From Leucoraja ocellata (Eukaryota), in NCBI GenBank assembly GCA_036785375.1, contig JAWMAR010000202.1, positions 372,001 through 436,000 on the forward strand: a stretch of DNA of 64,000 nucleotides, read 5' to 3'. Shown piece by piece: positions 1-13,320 of this stretch. The stretch's first letter is position 1. Each line of letters starts with the position of its first letter. The notes below the pieces were generated by a model, which made no database searches, had not been told where the DNA came from, and was given only the letters and a program-made list of their open reading frames with translations. Both the position numbers and the translations under genes were made by a program.

Positions 1-203
1 GAACAAACGAATTAAAGATATGCAAAAAAGTAACAGTGATGAAGGAAACAGGCCATTGTTAATTGTTTGCTAGGTGAAAACGAGAAGCTGGTGCGATTTG
101 GATGGAGAGAGAGGGAATGCAGGGGTAATCTGAAGTTAAAGAAATCAAGTCATAATACTGGGTTGTAAACTCCCTAAGCGAAATATGAGATGCTGTTCCT
201 CCC
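1..203 (-). mobile_element. Penelope-like element 3' end (ORF C-terminus plus 3' UTR), cut by the window edge
   Basis: Minus strand reads EEQHLIFRLGSLQPS, the typical PLE C-terminal motif after the GIY-YIG domain. Bases 1-60 are the reverse complement of the UTR seen at 11950-12010. Confidence 0.75.
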
Positions 204-1309
204 TGCTTTATCCTTGTGAATACTACTGCCACTATCTATATGTCGTCAGAAGTACTACTGGCAGATCTCCAGAATACTGGGTTTACGATGGGTAAAGTAG
301 GCTTTAGGCTGAGGCTGAGGCTGGTTGAGTCATTTTCAGCTTCTTGACTGCCTCCCAAAACCGGCTGGAACTTTGCAACTTGCGTAATTCAACCCAAATG
401 ATCCAAGTACAGATGCGATGAGCTATCTAGGGAAATACATCATCTCCAGTGAGGTCCTGGCATCTGCACTTTGTGGCCTCTTGCTGTCCAAGACTGCTTT
501 ATAGTCAATTAAGTACTTTCAAGTGCAGTAACCTCTACAGTGTGGGAAGCACAGCAGCCAACTTGTGAGGATAAGATAGCAGAAACAAGAACAAGGGAAT
601 CACTCAGTATTCTGTGTTTGCTGGTCTTGCAAGAGGAATCAAAACTGGACACGGCAGGAGGAAGGCTCCTGCTGTTTATCTTCACAAGGTGTTATAGGAT
701 CATTCACGGTCACCCCCTGGGCAGAATAGCCCTTGGTTCATTATTTCAGCCATTCCCTTCGGATCTGGCAGGACTAAGTCTTTAAGTCACTGGAGTGCAA
801 TCGTGAGGTTGAGGTCAAAGTGAGGGTGAAGGAAGAACTAGGTGTACAGTACGATGGGGAATAAACCCAGCAATCCTGGGTAAGGGAGAGACAAGTCTGC
901 CAGGAAATATTCACCAAGCAGGGAATAGGAAATGTACCCACTCTCCTGCACACTCCATGCAAGCTTGGCGCAAAGCAGTTCTGGCAGAAATCTGTTAAAG
1001 AAAGCTAGATCTAAACAAAATAAAAATGGTTTAAAAAGCAAGCATCCTGCTCCATATAAGGATAAACTGAAAAAAAAAACAAAAAAACTGCTGGATAGCT
1101 CCAACTGCTCAGAAAGCTTCTCTGGAGAGAGAAACAGCGATAACCTTTCAGGGCAATGATTTTTTAAACAACTTGGAAACATTGAAGAACAGGCATGTTT
1201 TAAGTTGTGGGTTAGAGGAGAGATGGTGGGAGTGAAGAGGATGTCTAAGACGGAGTGAGCAATAGAAAGCAGACAACATGTTAATGGTGGCTGACAAAGA
1301 GTCAGTTAC

Positions 1310-1450
1310 GTACTGGTTTGTAGGTTAATTGGCTTTAGTAAGTTGTAAAAAAAATTGTCCCTAGTGTGTGTAGGTTAATGTACGGGGTGATAGCTGGTCA
1401 GTGCAAACTCGATGGGCCGAAGGGCCTGTTTTCCGCGCTGTATCCCTAAA
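1310..1450 (+). mobile_element. V-SINE (HE1-like), 3' half
   Basis: ggtttgtaggttaattggc core followed by the CR1-derived tail actcgatgggccgaagggcctgttttccgcgctgtatc. Confidence 0.8.
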
Positions 1451-1887
1451 GTGTGCAGTAGATATAAATAAAGGGGATGATTGAGAACAGAGGACAAACA
1501 ATGTGGGAAGTGAAAACTACACAGCACAGCTGGAGCCAGAGATCTCAGATAAAGGAGGAAGCTAGGAAAGCCTATCTGATGTCTAACTAAAGTCAATTTT
1601 AACACAATGGCTTGATAGGAAAAATAATTTGCCTTGGATTGCAAATGTTTTCGGCCCTGATGGGTTAACAGTCCTGTGCTCTCACATCTACTCTAGCAAG
1701 ACTAAAGTGTTCTTAATTCCAAACTAGAGGTTCCTCGCCACATTTCATCCTTGGGAGTCTAAAATTCTGAAACCACATTAACTTAGGATCGTAATAGTTG
1801 GCAGATGTGTACCTCTGGAATGCTGAGGAAAAGTGATCATTGCTGGTATCACAGACCACACCACATACAGACGTACTCCTTTCGCGA

Positions 1888-1998
1888 TAACTCAGCAGGA
1901 CAGGCAGTCTGAAGAAGGGTCTCGACCCCGAAACGTCACCCATTCCTTCTTTCCAGAGATGCTGCCTGTCCCGCTGAGTTAGTCCAGCATTTTGTGTT
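1888..1998 (+). mobile_element. Penelope pLTR-derived element with hammerhead-like core
   Basis: CTGAAGA-A-GGGTCTCGACCCC-GAAA-CGTC at 1909-1937, followed by the family sequence ccagagatgctgcctgtcccgctgagtt...ccagcattttgtg. Confidence 0.75.
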
Positions 1999-2358
1999 AT
2001 GTTTCTGTCCTTTGTGGTTTAATTTTCCATCATTCTTTCATCAATGGCAGGGAATCTCGCCAAGGCCTCTAAGAGCATCTCTATCCACAACAATGGTGGG
2101 GCCCGGCATGAGTGTGCGATAGATAACAGTGAAACGCTTGCAGTCAGAAATACCAAAAAGGGATGCCATCTTGGCTTTTTCCTGACCTCCCACCCAGTGA
2201 AGAGCTCATATTTCTGCCGATACAATTTACTCAGTCCAAATGATACACAGGAACAGCTGATCTCTGGAACAGCATAGCCTAGCAGACCAGACAATATCCT
2301 GGATGCAGTGATCAAAATGCGTGTCAGGGTTGCTGCCCATCACCCCAAGCTGTTCGAG

Positions 2359-2579
2359 TGTAGCGGCATCTAGTGGTGAGGTGAGGAAGTCAGAATCTTC
2401 ATCATTGGTCGACACGGTCACGTGACCGCGGGGTTTCGTTCGTGGGCTTTTAGCCAGTTGTTCAGCGCTGCTCCCAGCTGGGTTTGTTAGCTACGTCAAG
2501 CACGTGGTTTTCACGAGTTTTAGTTCCATTTTTTCTGTGAATAAAAATTACTTTACTCAACCGGCCTGGTCTCGCTTCA
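2359..2579 (+). mobile_element. 5' LTR of a Gypsy/Ty3 retrotransposon
   Basis: TG at 2359 to CA at 2578-2579, AATAAA at 2540-2545, followed one base later by a primer-binding site. The left edge is inferred because no 3' LTR is present for comparison. Confidence 0.65.
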
Positions 2580-2580
2580 G

Positions 2581-2594
2581 TGGTGACCCCGACG
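2581..2594 (+). promoter_or_regulatory. Primer-binding site complementary to the tRNA-Trp 3' end
   Basis: TGGTGACCCCGACG is the reverse complement of ...CGTCGGGGTCACCA, the vertebrate tRNA-Trp 3' end. Confidence 0.8.
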
Positions 2595-2619
2595 ATCTGA
2601 ACGTTTTTTTGGATTTCAG

Positions 2620-4815
2620 CATGGACAACACTGAAAACTTCAATGCCAACCCCGCCCAGCAGAATGCAGTTTCCCTCAAACTGCCCGTTTTCTGGGTGGT
2701 TCAGCCTCCGGTGCGGTTCGCGCACATCGAGGCCCAGTTCGCACTCCGCCAGATTGTCGCGGATAATATCTGCTATTTCTACGTGGTGGGTGCGCTCAGT
2801 CAGGAGACTGCCACCCATTTGCTGCTTTACCTGCAGAATCTGCCCGCCTTTCATAAGTATGAGCGTTGCTGCTATGCACTTTCGGGCTCAGCCGCCGCGA
2901 TCGTGCGGCTCGGCTCTTGCATATGGACGGCCTCGGCGATTGCAAGCCGTCGGTATTCATGAGTGAGATGCTAGCGCTCATGGACGGCCACCAACCTTGT
3001 CTGTTGTTTGAGCAGGCTTTCCTGGAACTAATGCCCGACGATGTCTGCCTGTATCTCGCTGGGTCCGACTTCGCGTATCCCCTGCACCTCGCTGAGCGGG
3101 CGGACGAGCTCTAGCTCGCCAAGCAGCAGGACGGTGGTTCAGTCAGCAGGTTGTCCGCTTCTCCGCAGCAGCCTCGACGGTCCGTTCCACCCTCGGCCGA
3201 CAGCGCCGTGACGCAGCCGACCACCGTGGACTGCAGACAGCAGACTCATTACCACCAACGCTGGGGTGCGGCGGCCTGCTGATGCCGCGCCCCCTGCTCG
3301 TATCCGGGAAATGCCTCGGCCGATCGCCAGCAGAGGCTATCGCGGTTGGCCAGAAGCATCGCCTCTACGTACGGGACCGTCATTCCGGGCTCCGCTTTCT
3401 CGTGGACACCGGGGCTGAGCTCAGCATCTTACTTCCGCCCGGGGTCGATACTCGTGCTGGTAAGCGTGACCCCACCCTGACCGCCGTTAATGGCAGCCCC
3501 GCTCGCACCGTTTCCCTCGTTTTGGATTCTCGACGTTACTCGTGGCCGTTCACGATCATGATCGTCTCCCAGCGCTGCTGCTGGGTGCTGTTTTTTTCCG
3601 GGCCTTTTCTCTCCTGGTTGAAGTTCGGGGCCAGCACCTCGTTCCTTCGGAGTCTCCCCAGCCTGCATCACTGCGGCCCACGGTTTCCTCCGGCCCGCAT
3701 CTCTGGTCGGTGTCAGATGCGGGTGTGGCCTAAGCCCGCTCCTGGCCGAGTTCCCGGAGATCCTGACCCCTCAGTTTCACTCGGCCGCCCCTAGGCATGG
3801 GGTTGTTCCTCACATCCTCAACACCGGCCCTCCGCTTCACGCCCAACAAGCTGCATTTGGATAACGAAGTGTTTCAGCAGATGGAGGACATGGGGATTGT
3901 GAGGCGCTCTGACAGCCCATGCGCTTCCCCACTCCATATGGTTCCCAAGTCGTCTGGCGGGTGGAGGCCTTGTGGGGACTACCGCCGCCTTAACACCATC
4001 ACGACCGCTGACCGCTATCCATTCCTGTACATCCAGGACTTCACGGCCCATTTGGATGGGCTACCATTTTCTCCAAGGTGGATCTGGTGCGCGGATACCG
4101 CAAGATTCCCGTCCACCGCAATGATGTGCCCAAGACCGCCATCATCACCCCGTTTGGCCTGTTTGAGTGGCTGTGGATGCTGTTCGGCCTTAAGAACACC
4201 GCACAGGCTTTTCAGTGGCTTATGGACATGGTTGGCCGGGGGTTGGACTTTGTATTTGTTTACCTGGATGACATTCTGGTTGCCAGCCGCTTCCGCCAGG
4301 AACACTGTGCGCATCTCCGGGTGCTGTTCCAGCGGCTCCGGTACCAGGGGCTGGTTATTAACGCCGCCAAGTGCCAGTTTGGTCTCAGTTCCATTTCTTT
4401 CCTTGGGCGCAACTCCTCTCCCCGGCAAGGCGGAGGCGATTCGGGAGTTTCCTCAGTCGCTCACCGTTAAAGGGCTACAGGAGTTCGTGGGGATGATAAA
4501 CTTTTACTATCGTTTTGTGCCAGCGGCGGCCCGTGCCATGCGGCCGTTGTTGTAGTGCCTGACCGGCAAGCCACAAGACCTTGTGTGTGGGACCCCGAGA
4601 CTGCGGCCGCTTTCGACGGCGCCAAGGAGCTGCTGGCCAATGCTACCATGCTCATGCACCCCGCGGGCCGCTGCCCCAACCCCCCTCACTGTTGACGATT
4701 CGGAGACTGCCGTCGGGCGGGGGGTGGGGGTGGGGGGTGTCCTCAAGCAGGTTATCGATGCTCGCTGGCAGCCGGTTGCCTTTTTCAGCCGGCACCTACG
4801 CCAACCTGAGCGGAA
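2620..4815 (+). mobile_element. Gypsy/Ty3 gag-pro-RT-RNase H, pseudogenised and 3'-truncated
   Basis: Gag: AVSLKLPVFW...FAHIEAQFALRQI. Zn-knuckle relic: HYHQRWG..C*C..PC near 3250-3300. Protease: FLVDTGAELS. RT: SPLHMVPK..WRPCGDYRRLN and YLDDILVAS. RNase H start: WQPVAFFSR. Multiple frameshifts and stops; no integrase or 3' LTR. Confidence 0.92.
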
Positions 4816-5699
4816 CTCCAGTGCATCTCTCCAGAGATGATGCCTGTCCCACTGAGTTGCTCCAGCATTTCGTGTCTATCTATGATTCTACTTTACAGTG
4901 TATTTGCCTGAACTAATTTAAAGATCGCTGTGTGAGCAGGAAACAGAAGGACCGATCAATGTTAATGAAAATTTGGCAGATTCTACGCTGGTTGCTGGGT
5001 TTGATGATCCGCTCCGCCAGATTACTGCCTGTGTGATGAAGACAAAAGGTTAATGTCTGAACAAGTTAGCCAAGATTGACAATTAAAGATTAGCATCAAA
5101 GGACAGTTGCCTTGAGAAAGTTTTCAGCAAGTGTACTAAAGAGACTGAAAACATACAAAGGTCGTAGACATCAGTGAGACACTGACAGCGTAAATAGAAA
5201 CTTGGCTTGAACCCTTTACCATCAGTCTGAATTCTAAAAGAACAATCTGAACTGCCCACTGCAGAAGGTGCTTTTAGCAAAGTTCACGTTCAAAGCTTTT
5301 TGCTGAAGAAAATGTCATTCAACCACTTAAGGAAGGGTGCTGGTGTGGTTGAAATTCCTGCTGTTACTGCTATGACTTTGTTATCATTTTTTTTCCAAAG
5401 TAATTTTAGTCACAAAATATTTTAGTGTAAAATGCAAAGCAGAAGCGAAAATTGGCTGAGCAACTCTGTAAGAAAAAATTCGGAATTTAAAAAGACGATA
5501 GGTTACAAATGTAATCAAATAAACTTGTTTTTTTTAGCGCCATGCAGCTTTCTGCCTTGTTCATTTACGGGATGACGCCATTCACTGTGCAGTGTTCATG
5601 TTCAACCAAGAACATGTTGTCCATGGTGAGGTTGTCACCGGACACTTCAAAATCAACTTTACAGCAGTGCAGCATTGGACAGGGAGTCCTGTAAACTAT

Positions 5700-6028
5700 T
5701 AGCCCTGTCCCACTGTGCGAGTGCATTCAAGTGCTCTCACGAGTTTAAAAAAAATCAAACTCGTGGTAAGCATGGAGAATGAACGTAGCGGGTACCTTGG
5801 AGCTCGGGGATGTTTCTTAGCAGCTCGTAACGCTAATGGCAGGCACTCGGGAAGACTCGCTAACGGCAAGTAAGCACGGGAAGACTCATGAAGATTTTTC
5901 AACACGTTGAAAAATGTCCATGAGAGCCCCGAGTACTGACGAGTGGCCATTACCGTAAATCTCCGAGTTCAAATCAGGGCAAACTTGGGAGAGCTCTTGG
6001 AATGATCTCGCACCATGGGACAGGCCTT
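5700..6028. mobile_element. PIF/Harbinger-type MITE
   Basis: Termini AGCCCTGTCCCACTGTGCGAG ... CTCGCACCATGGGACAGGCCT are imperfect ~21 bp inverted repeats with TTA/TAA-like flanks. Same terminal motif as the element at 50735. Confidence 0.7.
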
Positions 6029-6102
6029 TAAGCCCTCTAATTACATTTCATTCTTGAGACCTCTCATCACAATGGTTCCTGGTTCCCGTTGCTCCAACTG
6101 CA

Positions 6103-6420
6103 GTTTAGTTTAGTTTAATTTAGAGATACAGCGGGGAAACAGTTTTTCGGCCCACCAAGTCCACGCCGGCCAGCGATCCCCACACACTAACCCTATCCTA
6201 CACACACTAGGGCCAATTTTACATTTATACCACGCTAATTAACCTACAAACCTGTACGTCTTTGGAGTGTGGGAGGAAAGCAAAGATCTTGGAGAAAACA
6301 CATGCAGGTCACCGGGAGAATGTACAAACTCCATACATACATGCACCTGTAGTCAGGATCGATACCTCATGTCTCTGGAGCTGTAAAGCAGCAACTCTAC
6401 TGCTGTGCCACTGTGCCTCC
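6103..6420 (-). mobile_element. V-SINE (HE1-like)
   Basis: (agttt)n tail, CR1-like 3' end, core aacctacaaacctgtacgtctttggagtgtgggaggaa, tRNA-like head. Confidence 0.85.
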
Positions 6421-6543
6421 CATTCCTTGAGCCCTCAGCCTGATCTTCACATGCCTCATCTCCTGATCAACCACACCCACCCACCAATCCTGCTGCCAGT
6501 CTAAGACTAATGGATCTTGTAGAAACATTTCAGATTCTTAAGG

Positions 6544-6733
6544 TAGACACGAAATGCTGGAGTAATTCAGCCGGACAGGCAGCATCTCTGGAGAGAAGGA
6601 ATGGGTGACGTTTCGGATCAAGACCCTTCTTCAGACCCGACCCAACCCGACCAGATGCTGCCTGTCCCGCTGAGTTACTCCAGCATTTTGTGTCTACCTA
6701 TTATTTAAATCAGCATCTGCAGTTCTTTCTTAC
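6544..6733. mobile_element. Penelope-derived fold-back element inserted in a CR1 fragment
   Basis: Inverted arms gtagacac...gcatct / agatgctg...gtctac. Flanks tcagattcttaagg (6530-6543) and tcaaattcttaagg (6734-6747) form a 14 bp TSD with one mismatch. Confidence 0.8.
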
Positions 6734-7463
6734 TCAAATTCTTAAGGGATTGGACACTCAGTAGAGAGGGGGGGGGGGGGGGGGGGGTTGGAACTTTGGT
6801 GAATGAACATAAAGCCATCAATAGTATAACATTCCATGAAAAGAGAGCAAGATAACTTTGTGAGTGAGTTATGGAGGAGTAGGAAATTGCAAAAGTAGGA
6901 GGAGATCACAGACAAGCTATCATATTATTTTATCACTGAACTGTACCACACAGAATGTGGCCACACCACCCATCATGTCCATATTGGTCTGACATAGACT
7001 TTTGAGGTTAACTGATTTTGTTTTTCTTGTTTAACTAATATAAGCAGAGAAGTACACCCTATGAGGCCGACTGAGAAAACTGCTTTTTATTATTTTAACC
7101 AATAAAACTTTATACCGGCAATAAATCTCAACGATGCAGAACTTATACTTTGCTTAAAGACAGGCCAGGGCTAACGGAACCAAAATAAGAAATGAAAATT
7201 GAAAAACTTTGAAACACTCGTTGTGGATCTTCATTTGGCATCCAAGTACTTTTTGAAAATGTCATTATGTTGAATCGGATTGATTCATGGTTCCTCTTTA
7301 AAAATGCTCTCCCCACTGCCCACCCCTTCACTAAAACAGTCCAGTACTGATCATATACATCATTTTTTGCATGTATTTCATGAATACTGCTCCATCCATA
7401 GAGCCTACTTAATCAGGGAACTTCAAATGACTATCTTCAACATTTCTCCATGTATTTGAACTT

Positions 7464-8383
7464 CCATATAACTATATAATAACCATATAACAATTACAGC
7501 ACGGAAACAGGCCATCTCGGCCCTACAAGTCCGTGCCGAACAATTTTTTTCCCCTTAGTCCCACCTGCCTGCACTCATACCATAACCCTCCATTCCCTTC
7601 TCATCCATATGCCTATCCAATTTATTTTTAAATGATACCAATGAACCTGCCTCCACCACTTCCACTGGAAGCTCATTCCACACCGCTACCACTCTCTGAG
7701 TAAAGAAGTTCCCCCTCATATTACCCCTAAACTTCTGCCCTTAATTCTGAAGTCATGTCCTCTTGTTTGAATCTTCCCTATTCTCAAAGGGAAAAGCTTG
7801 TCCACATCAACTCTGTCTATCCCTCTCATCATTTTAAAGACCTCTATCAAGTCCCCCCTTAACCTTCTGTGCTCCAGAGAATAAAGACCTAACTTATTCA
7901 ACCTATCTCTGTAACTTAGTTGTTGAAACCCAGGCAACATTCTAGTAAATCTCCTCTGTACTCTCTCTATTTTGTTGACATCCTTCCTATAATTGGTCGA
8001 CCAAAATTGTACACCATACTCCAGATTTGGTCTCACCAATGCCTTGTACAATTTTAACATTACATCCCAACTTCTATACTCAATGCTCTGATTTATAAAG
8101 GCTAGCTTACCAAAAGCTTTCTTTACCACCCTATCTATATGAGATTCCACCTTCAAGGAACTATGCACAGTTATTCCCAGATCCCTCTGTTCAACTGTAT
8201 TCTTCAATTCCCTACCATTTACCATGTACGTCCTATTTTGATTTGTCCTGCCAAGGTGTAGCACCTCACATTTATCAGCATTAAACTCCATCTGCCATCT
8301 TTCAGCCCATTTTTCCAAATGCCCTAAATCACTCTGTAGACTTTGGAAATCCTCTTCATTATCCACAACACCCCCTATCTTCC
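7464..8383 (-). mobile_element. CR1 (HER1-like) LINE, 5'-truncated: RT C-terminus plus 3' UTR
   Basis: ORF 7716-8405: LQSDLGHLEKWAERWQMEFNADKC...LYKALVRPNLEYGVQFWS...IERVQRRFTRM, followed by the CR1 3' tail with a short-repeat end. Confidence 0.93.
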
Positions 8384-9339
8384 ATTTCCCTCTGTTTGGG
8401 TACAATCATATAGCTTTATCAATTTGACTGCCTGATGTGTTTTTAATCCAAATGGATCATTCATTGATCACTGATCTTCCTGGCATACACGTCATCATTT
8501 GCTAACAACATCCCGATGCAAGGCCCAAAATTATCATAGGGCAGTAAAGATCAAAGCGTATGCTTCGTATATTCTTTCAGGGTTGAGTGGAATAACCTTT
8601 CCTGGGCAGTGAGACTAATGAAGGGTTCGAGAGGCACAATCACTGACGTAGACCATTTGGAATTATCATACACAATTGTTCATCGTTTAATCTAAGTACC
8701 TGTGTAAATCATTTTGAGAGTTTTTATCAGCTCAAACATTTCTTGAAGAGATTACACATGGTGTACAAATTCCTGAAGAAATTGTACCACAAAACAAAAG
8801 CCAACTTAGAACTTTGCCTCCTTAATCAGGACATTAACTTTGCTCAACCTCTTCGCTTTCAGATTTAGATGCTTTACAGTGGCATCTTTCTCGAATGCCC
8901 AGCTCCATCTAACACAGTTTACATAGAGTCATTTACTTTCCATCAAAGCAAAAGTAAAAAAATAAAACAGCTAAGTGGAGTATTTCCTGTGGTTGACACC
9001 AGGAACCTATGCTGGATCCTCCACGAGTATTACATCATCTTGACAACCATTCTGTGGTGAGTATCCCACACTACTTTTTGCTCGTGGCAGGCAAGGATTC
9101 AAAGAATGGCTCAAGGTCTCGGAGAATCTAAATGTAATGTGGGAACGGGACAGTAACAGGAAATCTATATTTTTAAAAACATGGCCAAGCAGCAAGAAAA
9201 CAAAAACATTGAGAAGACGCAGATGAGCAAACTTATTCAATGTTCCAATGATGATGGTTTCTCTCACCACAAAGCAAGAGCACGCCAAGGTTGCGTACTG
9301 AAATCTTTTTGAATTTTGAGTACATTCTCTGGAGCAACA

Positions 9340-10330
9340 GTAAAACAAACTGCTGAGACCGTAATTGTCCAGATCTTGCTCTTCTGGCATGGATTGCTTC
9401 ATTTACTGAGTAGTTCCAAATGGAATTGAGCACGAGGCAATCTGTAGCCAACATCAACTTCTGACCTAATAATGGAAAGAAGGCCATCGATGAAGCAACT
9501 TAGGATGGATGGGACAGTGCAACTTAGGACACACTGCCATGTGGGAAACGTGCAGTGACATTCTAAGACCTAGATGGTTGGATTTCCCCTGTATGTAACA
9601 TGAATCCAATCACCAAAGGCTTTTCTTCATGGTGCCCACAGAGTTTAGTTTTATTGGGCTCCTTGATGCCATATTCTGTCCGATTAGACCTTAATGTTGC
9701 CCTCACCTCACCTCTGGAATTCAGCTTTTAGTCCATGCTAGAAGCAAGGCTGTGATAAGGCCTGGAGCCAAGTGTCCAAACTTTATATCAACGAGCGGGT
9801 TATTGTAAGTGAGTGGCATTGTTGGCAACACTTTGCTATCACTTCGCTCATGATTTAAAGTGGAGTGATAATGACAAATGGATTTATCTTGCTTCTTTGT
9901 AAGCAGAACATCTCTGTGTAGTTGCCCACATTATCTGGTAGATGCCAGTGTTGCAACTGCATTGGCACAGCTTACGAGGATGTTCCACTAGTTTTGGAGT
10001 GAAGGGCTCTGGTGCCTTCATGTGCTTCTTGATATTATACAACATGGATGGGTGAGCTAGGTGGGGATGCTTGGAGGAAGCTGAAACAGACCATCTACCT
10101 GGCACAAGTAGCTAAAAATAATAGTGCATTGTCATTAGCATTCACACACTGCAGTGCTTCCTGCAATTGCTGAAGGTAAGGATGTTCTGGGAACCTCCTC
10201 ATCTTCCCAACAGGCTATTTTAGTGTCCACCACCATTCACAATGAGATTAGGTTAGTTTGCCAAGCTTTGATCTAATCAACAGTGAGATTGCACAGTTCT
10301 GTCCATTACATGTTGTTTTCACAACCTTGT
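9340..10330 (-). mobile_element. Highly degenerate CR1-clade LINE RT fragment
   Basis: KLCQCSCNTGIYQIMWATTQ (ORF 9884-10105) resembles the RT N-terminal motif KLFQYSYNTGIYPTMWKIAQV. Boundaries are vague. Confidence 0.5.
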
Positions 10331-10832
10331 GTGCACAGGATGTCACTAGGTAACGAACAGGTTCCGTTTTTCAATAACGTCCACAAGTCCATTTGCCCGT
10401 AAGTAGGAAAATACACAAAAATCACTCAATATCTATGCTTCCGCAGTATTATAATGAAAGGCATCTAAAGCAGATGGCTGATAAGAAATGGCAATTACTG
10501 AAAGTCCAGAGAGGGAGGGAACTTGTTCTGCTTGAATGCCATCACCTTGTCCTTCAGGTTCAACAATGGTATTATGTTTGACAACTGGATTAACAACAAT
10601 GATGAGAAGGAAATAAGGATAGTGATAGGAAGCCTTGTGCCATGGTGTCAGAACAACAACCTCAACAACAACTTAATGTAAGCAAGATGAAAGGAGTAAG
10701 CAGGAAGGTGAACTCATTTAGTAACCAGGTAACCTGTAATGAAGGCCCAGGAGCATAAAGCTGCAACTATGCTGAGGGCAACAAGTAATGAAGAAGAGCC
10801 TTTCAAATTGCCTCCATTCAAATCTGCTCAGC

Positions 10833-11135
10833 TCGGGCAACACAGAGGCACAGCGGTAGAGCTGCTGCCACACATGCCAGAGACCTGGGTCCGATCCTGA
10901 CGACGGGTGCTGTTTGTGCGGAGTTTGTATGGTCTCCCTGTTTTCTCCGGGCGCTCCGGTTTCCTCCCACACTCGAAAGACGTGCAGGCTTGTAGGTTAA
11001 TTGGCTTTCGTAAATGGTCCCGAGTGAGTAGAATGCGACAACATGAAACTAGTGTGCGTGTGGTCAATAGTCAGTGGGGACTCAGTGGGCCAAAGTGCCT
11101 GTTTTTATGCTTTGTCTATAAACTAAACAAACTTA
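10833..11135 (+). mobile_element. V-SINE (HE1-like)
   Basis: Head gcacagcggtagagctgctgcc..., core ctccggtttcctcccacactcgaaagacgtgcagg, (aaact)n tail. Confidence 0.85.
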
Positions 11136-11939
11136 ACTGCTCAAAATGCAAATGTTTACCTCATACCTCATACCTAGGCTAAGTACAGCTGCGTTCAAAA
11201 TAAATAGAGGCTAACACGTTTGGTTCAACTATTCAATTGCCTCAGTTGCACTACCTCCAAATGGAGTTAAAAATAAAGTTACAAATTGTTTTAATTAGTA
11301 ACTTGGAGCAGGCCACAATGGATCACTGGGAGCAAGGAGACATGTAATTTGCATTTGAGTTTTTGAACAAAAGTAAAAGTAAAAGAAAAACTCAGTGAGG
11401 GATTTATTTGTTATAGAGTCTGTACAAGCTGCTGTAAAAAAATAAATGCCCCCATGGCTGAGGAGCACAGAATTACAGCTTAATACAAGACACCACAAAT
11501 CCCTTGCAGACCAAACCAGAGCAGGGCTGGCTGGCCCTTCCCGGCTGAGTGAAGTAAAATCATTTAACAAACAGACCCGAGGTGTGACGTCACTTAAAAC
11601 TCGTCCTTCATGAACTGTGTCAGATCACAGAAATAAAGTCCACAACATTGGGTATCTTCCATCACACAACTCATAGTTTGAAGATTTGTTTTGATATTCC
11701 ATCCAAGTGTGCTCTGAGACTCTAGTGTGATGGAGTTACTTGCTTGCAAAGGCATTACTGTACTATTTGGGAAAGTGTGCAGTATCATCAGAATGCAATA
11801 TCATCAGGACCATAAGCAAAGGTCAGAATAGCTGGATTGGGGGAGAGCACAGATTCATCTGAGAAACCAGTGTGGCAGAGCCTGGAAAACGGCTCTACTG
11901 GGGAAGAGTGAAACTTGTAGCCAACTGTGCAGAACGACC

Positions 11940-12135
11940 CTACAAACAGCTCACAATGGCATGCTTCCTTTATCATCGTTACTTTTTTGCATATCTTTCA
12001 TTCATTGTTCTTTATCTCTCTACATCACCGTCTATATCTCATTTCCCTTATCCCTAACCAGTTTGAAAAGGGGTCTCGACCCGAATCACCTATTCCTTTT
12101 CTCCAGAGATGCTGCCCGACCCGCTGAGTATCTCT
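11940..12135 (+). mobile_element. Penelope 3' UTR running into the pLTR/hammerhead-like motif
   Basis: Matches the reverse complement of 1-60, then continues into gggtctcgacccgaa...ccagagatgctgcccgacccgctgagt. This links the fold-back family to PLE ends. Confidence 0.75.
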
Positions 12136-13049
12136 GGCTTGTTGTGTCTATATGGAGAACTAATGATACATGTGCAGCATTGTTTGTCGGAAGCAGATAG
12201 GAAAGACGGGAAATGAGAAGTAACATGGTGAAAATTTGGTGCTAAAAGATAACAAGAAATAGTAGAAGGAAATTAATATATCCAACTGCTATTTCTCCAG
12301 AATTCGTGGCAGTGGTGTGAGTGCCCCAGAGTATCTTATACCTGTACTGAATTTGTTTCTCAATCAATATTACTGTGATGTGGGTGGGGTGGGATGCTGC
12401 AACCAATTTGCTCACAGTACATGTTTAAGTGATTAACTACGTCACCTTTGAAATAAAGAAAGAATGTGCCTTTCCTGACCTCAGGACTTCCAAAGCTCTG
12501 TAAAATCAGTGAAGTACTTTTGAAGTGAAGTTACTGTTGCTGTGTAGGAACCACATCTGCCAATTTGATCAACATTGGTTCCACAAACTGCAATATAACG
12601 ATGCGACATAATCTATCTGGTGAAATGAACAAATGTTGGTCAGGACAGAGAAAATTCACCTTATAGAATAAGAGTGCTGCCACTTTTTCATAAACAAGAC
12701 ACCGAAAAAGCAACGCACCAGAACTCCTGCACTATGGTTCAAGACATAACATGCGGTCGTAAACGCTGGAAAACATTTTTAATTCTGTTTAAATTACAGA
12801 AGAACATTAGGGTAAAGGTTAAGGAAAAGTGATTGTTGAACAGATTTGTTCGTTGAATAACTTGAACATTTCTTATTACTTTGAATCCTAACCAAATTAT
12901 TAGCACTATTAATAAATTATAAATGAGGAGTGCGTACAAACTTTACAGCATTTCAATTTTAAGGAGTAAACTTAAAATTGTAACAAAATTTCACTGATCC
13001 TTCAAATATTATCAGCCTTGGATGTCTCAGATTTCCTTTAATTTACAAC

Positions 13050-13320
13050 ATGGTGGTATGGTGGCGCAGAGGTAAAGCTTCTGCCTTACAGCGCTAGAGA
13101 CTTGGGTTCGATCCTGACTATGGGTGCTGCCTGTACATTCTCCTTGTGACCGTGTAGGTTTTCTCTGGGCGCTCCGATTTCCTACCACATTCCAAAGACG
13201 TTCGGTTAATTGACTTCTGTAAATTGTTCTTAGTGTGTTGGATGTGAAACTGGGATAACATAGAACTAGTGTACAGGTGATCGTTGGTCGGCACAGACTC
13301 CGTGGGCAAACTAAACGAAA
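13050..13320 (+). mobile_element. V-SINE (HE1-like)
   Basis: A-box-like tggcgcagagg, B-box ggttcgatcc, V-core. Confidence 0.85.

Noticed and set aside
6767-6787. Long G/C homopolymers (also 41951-41973 and 56908-56920) as functional G-quadruplexes
   Set aside because: Common in such assemblies, length is unreliable, and nothing in the context supports function.
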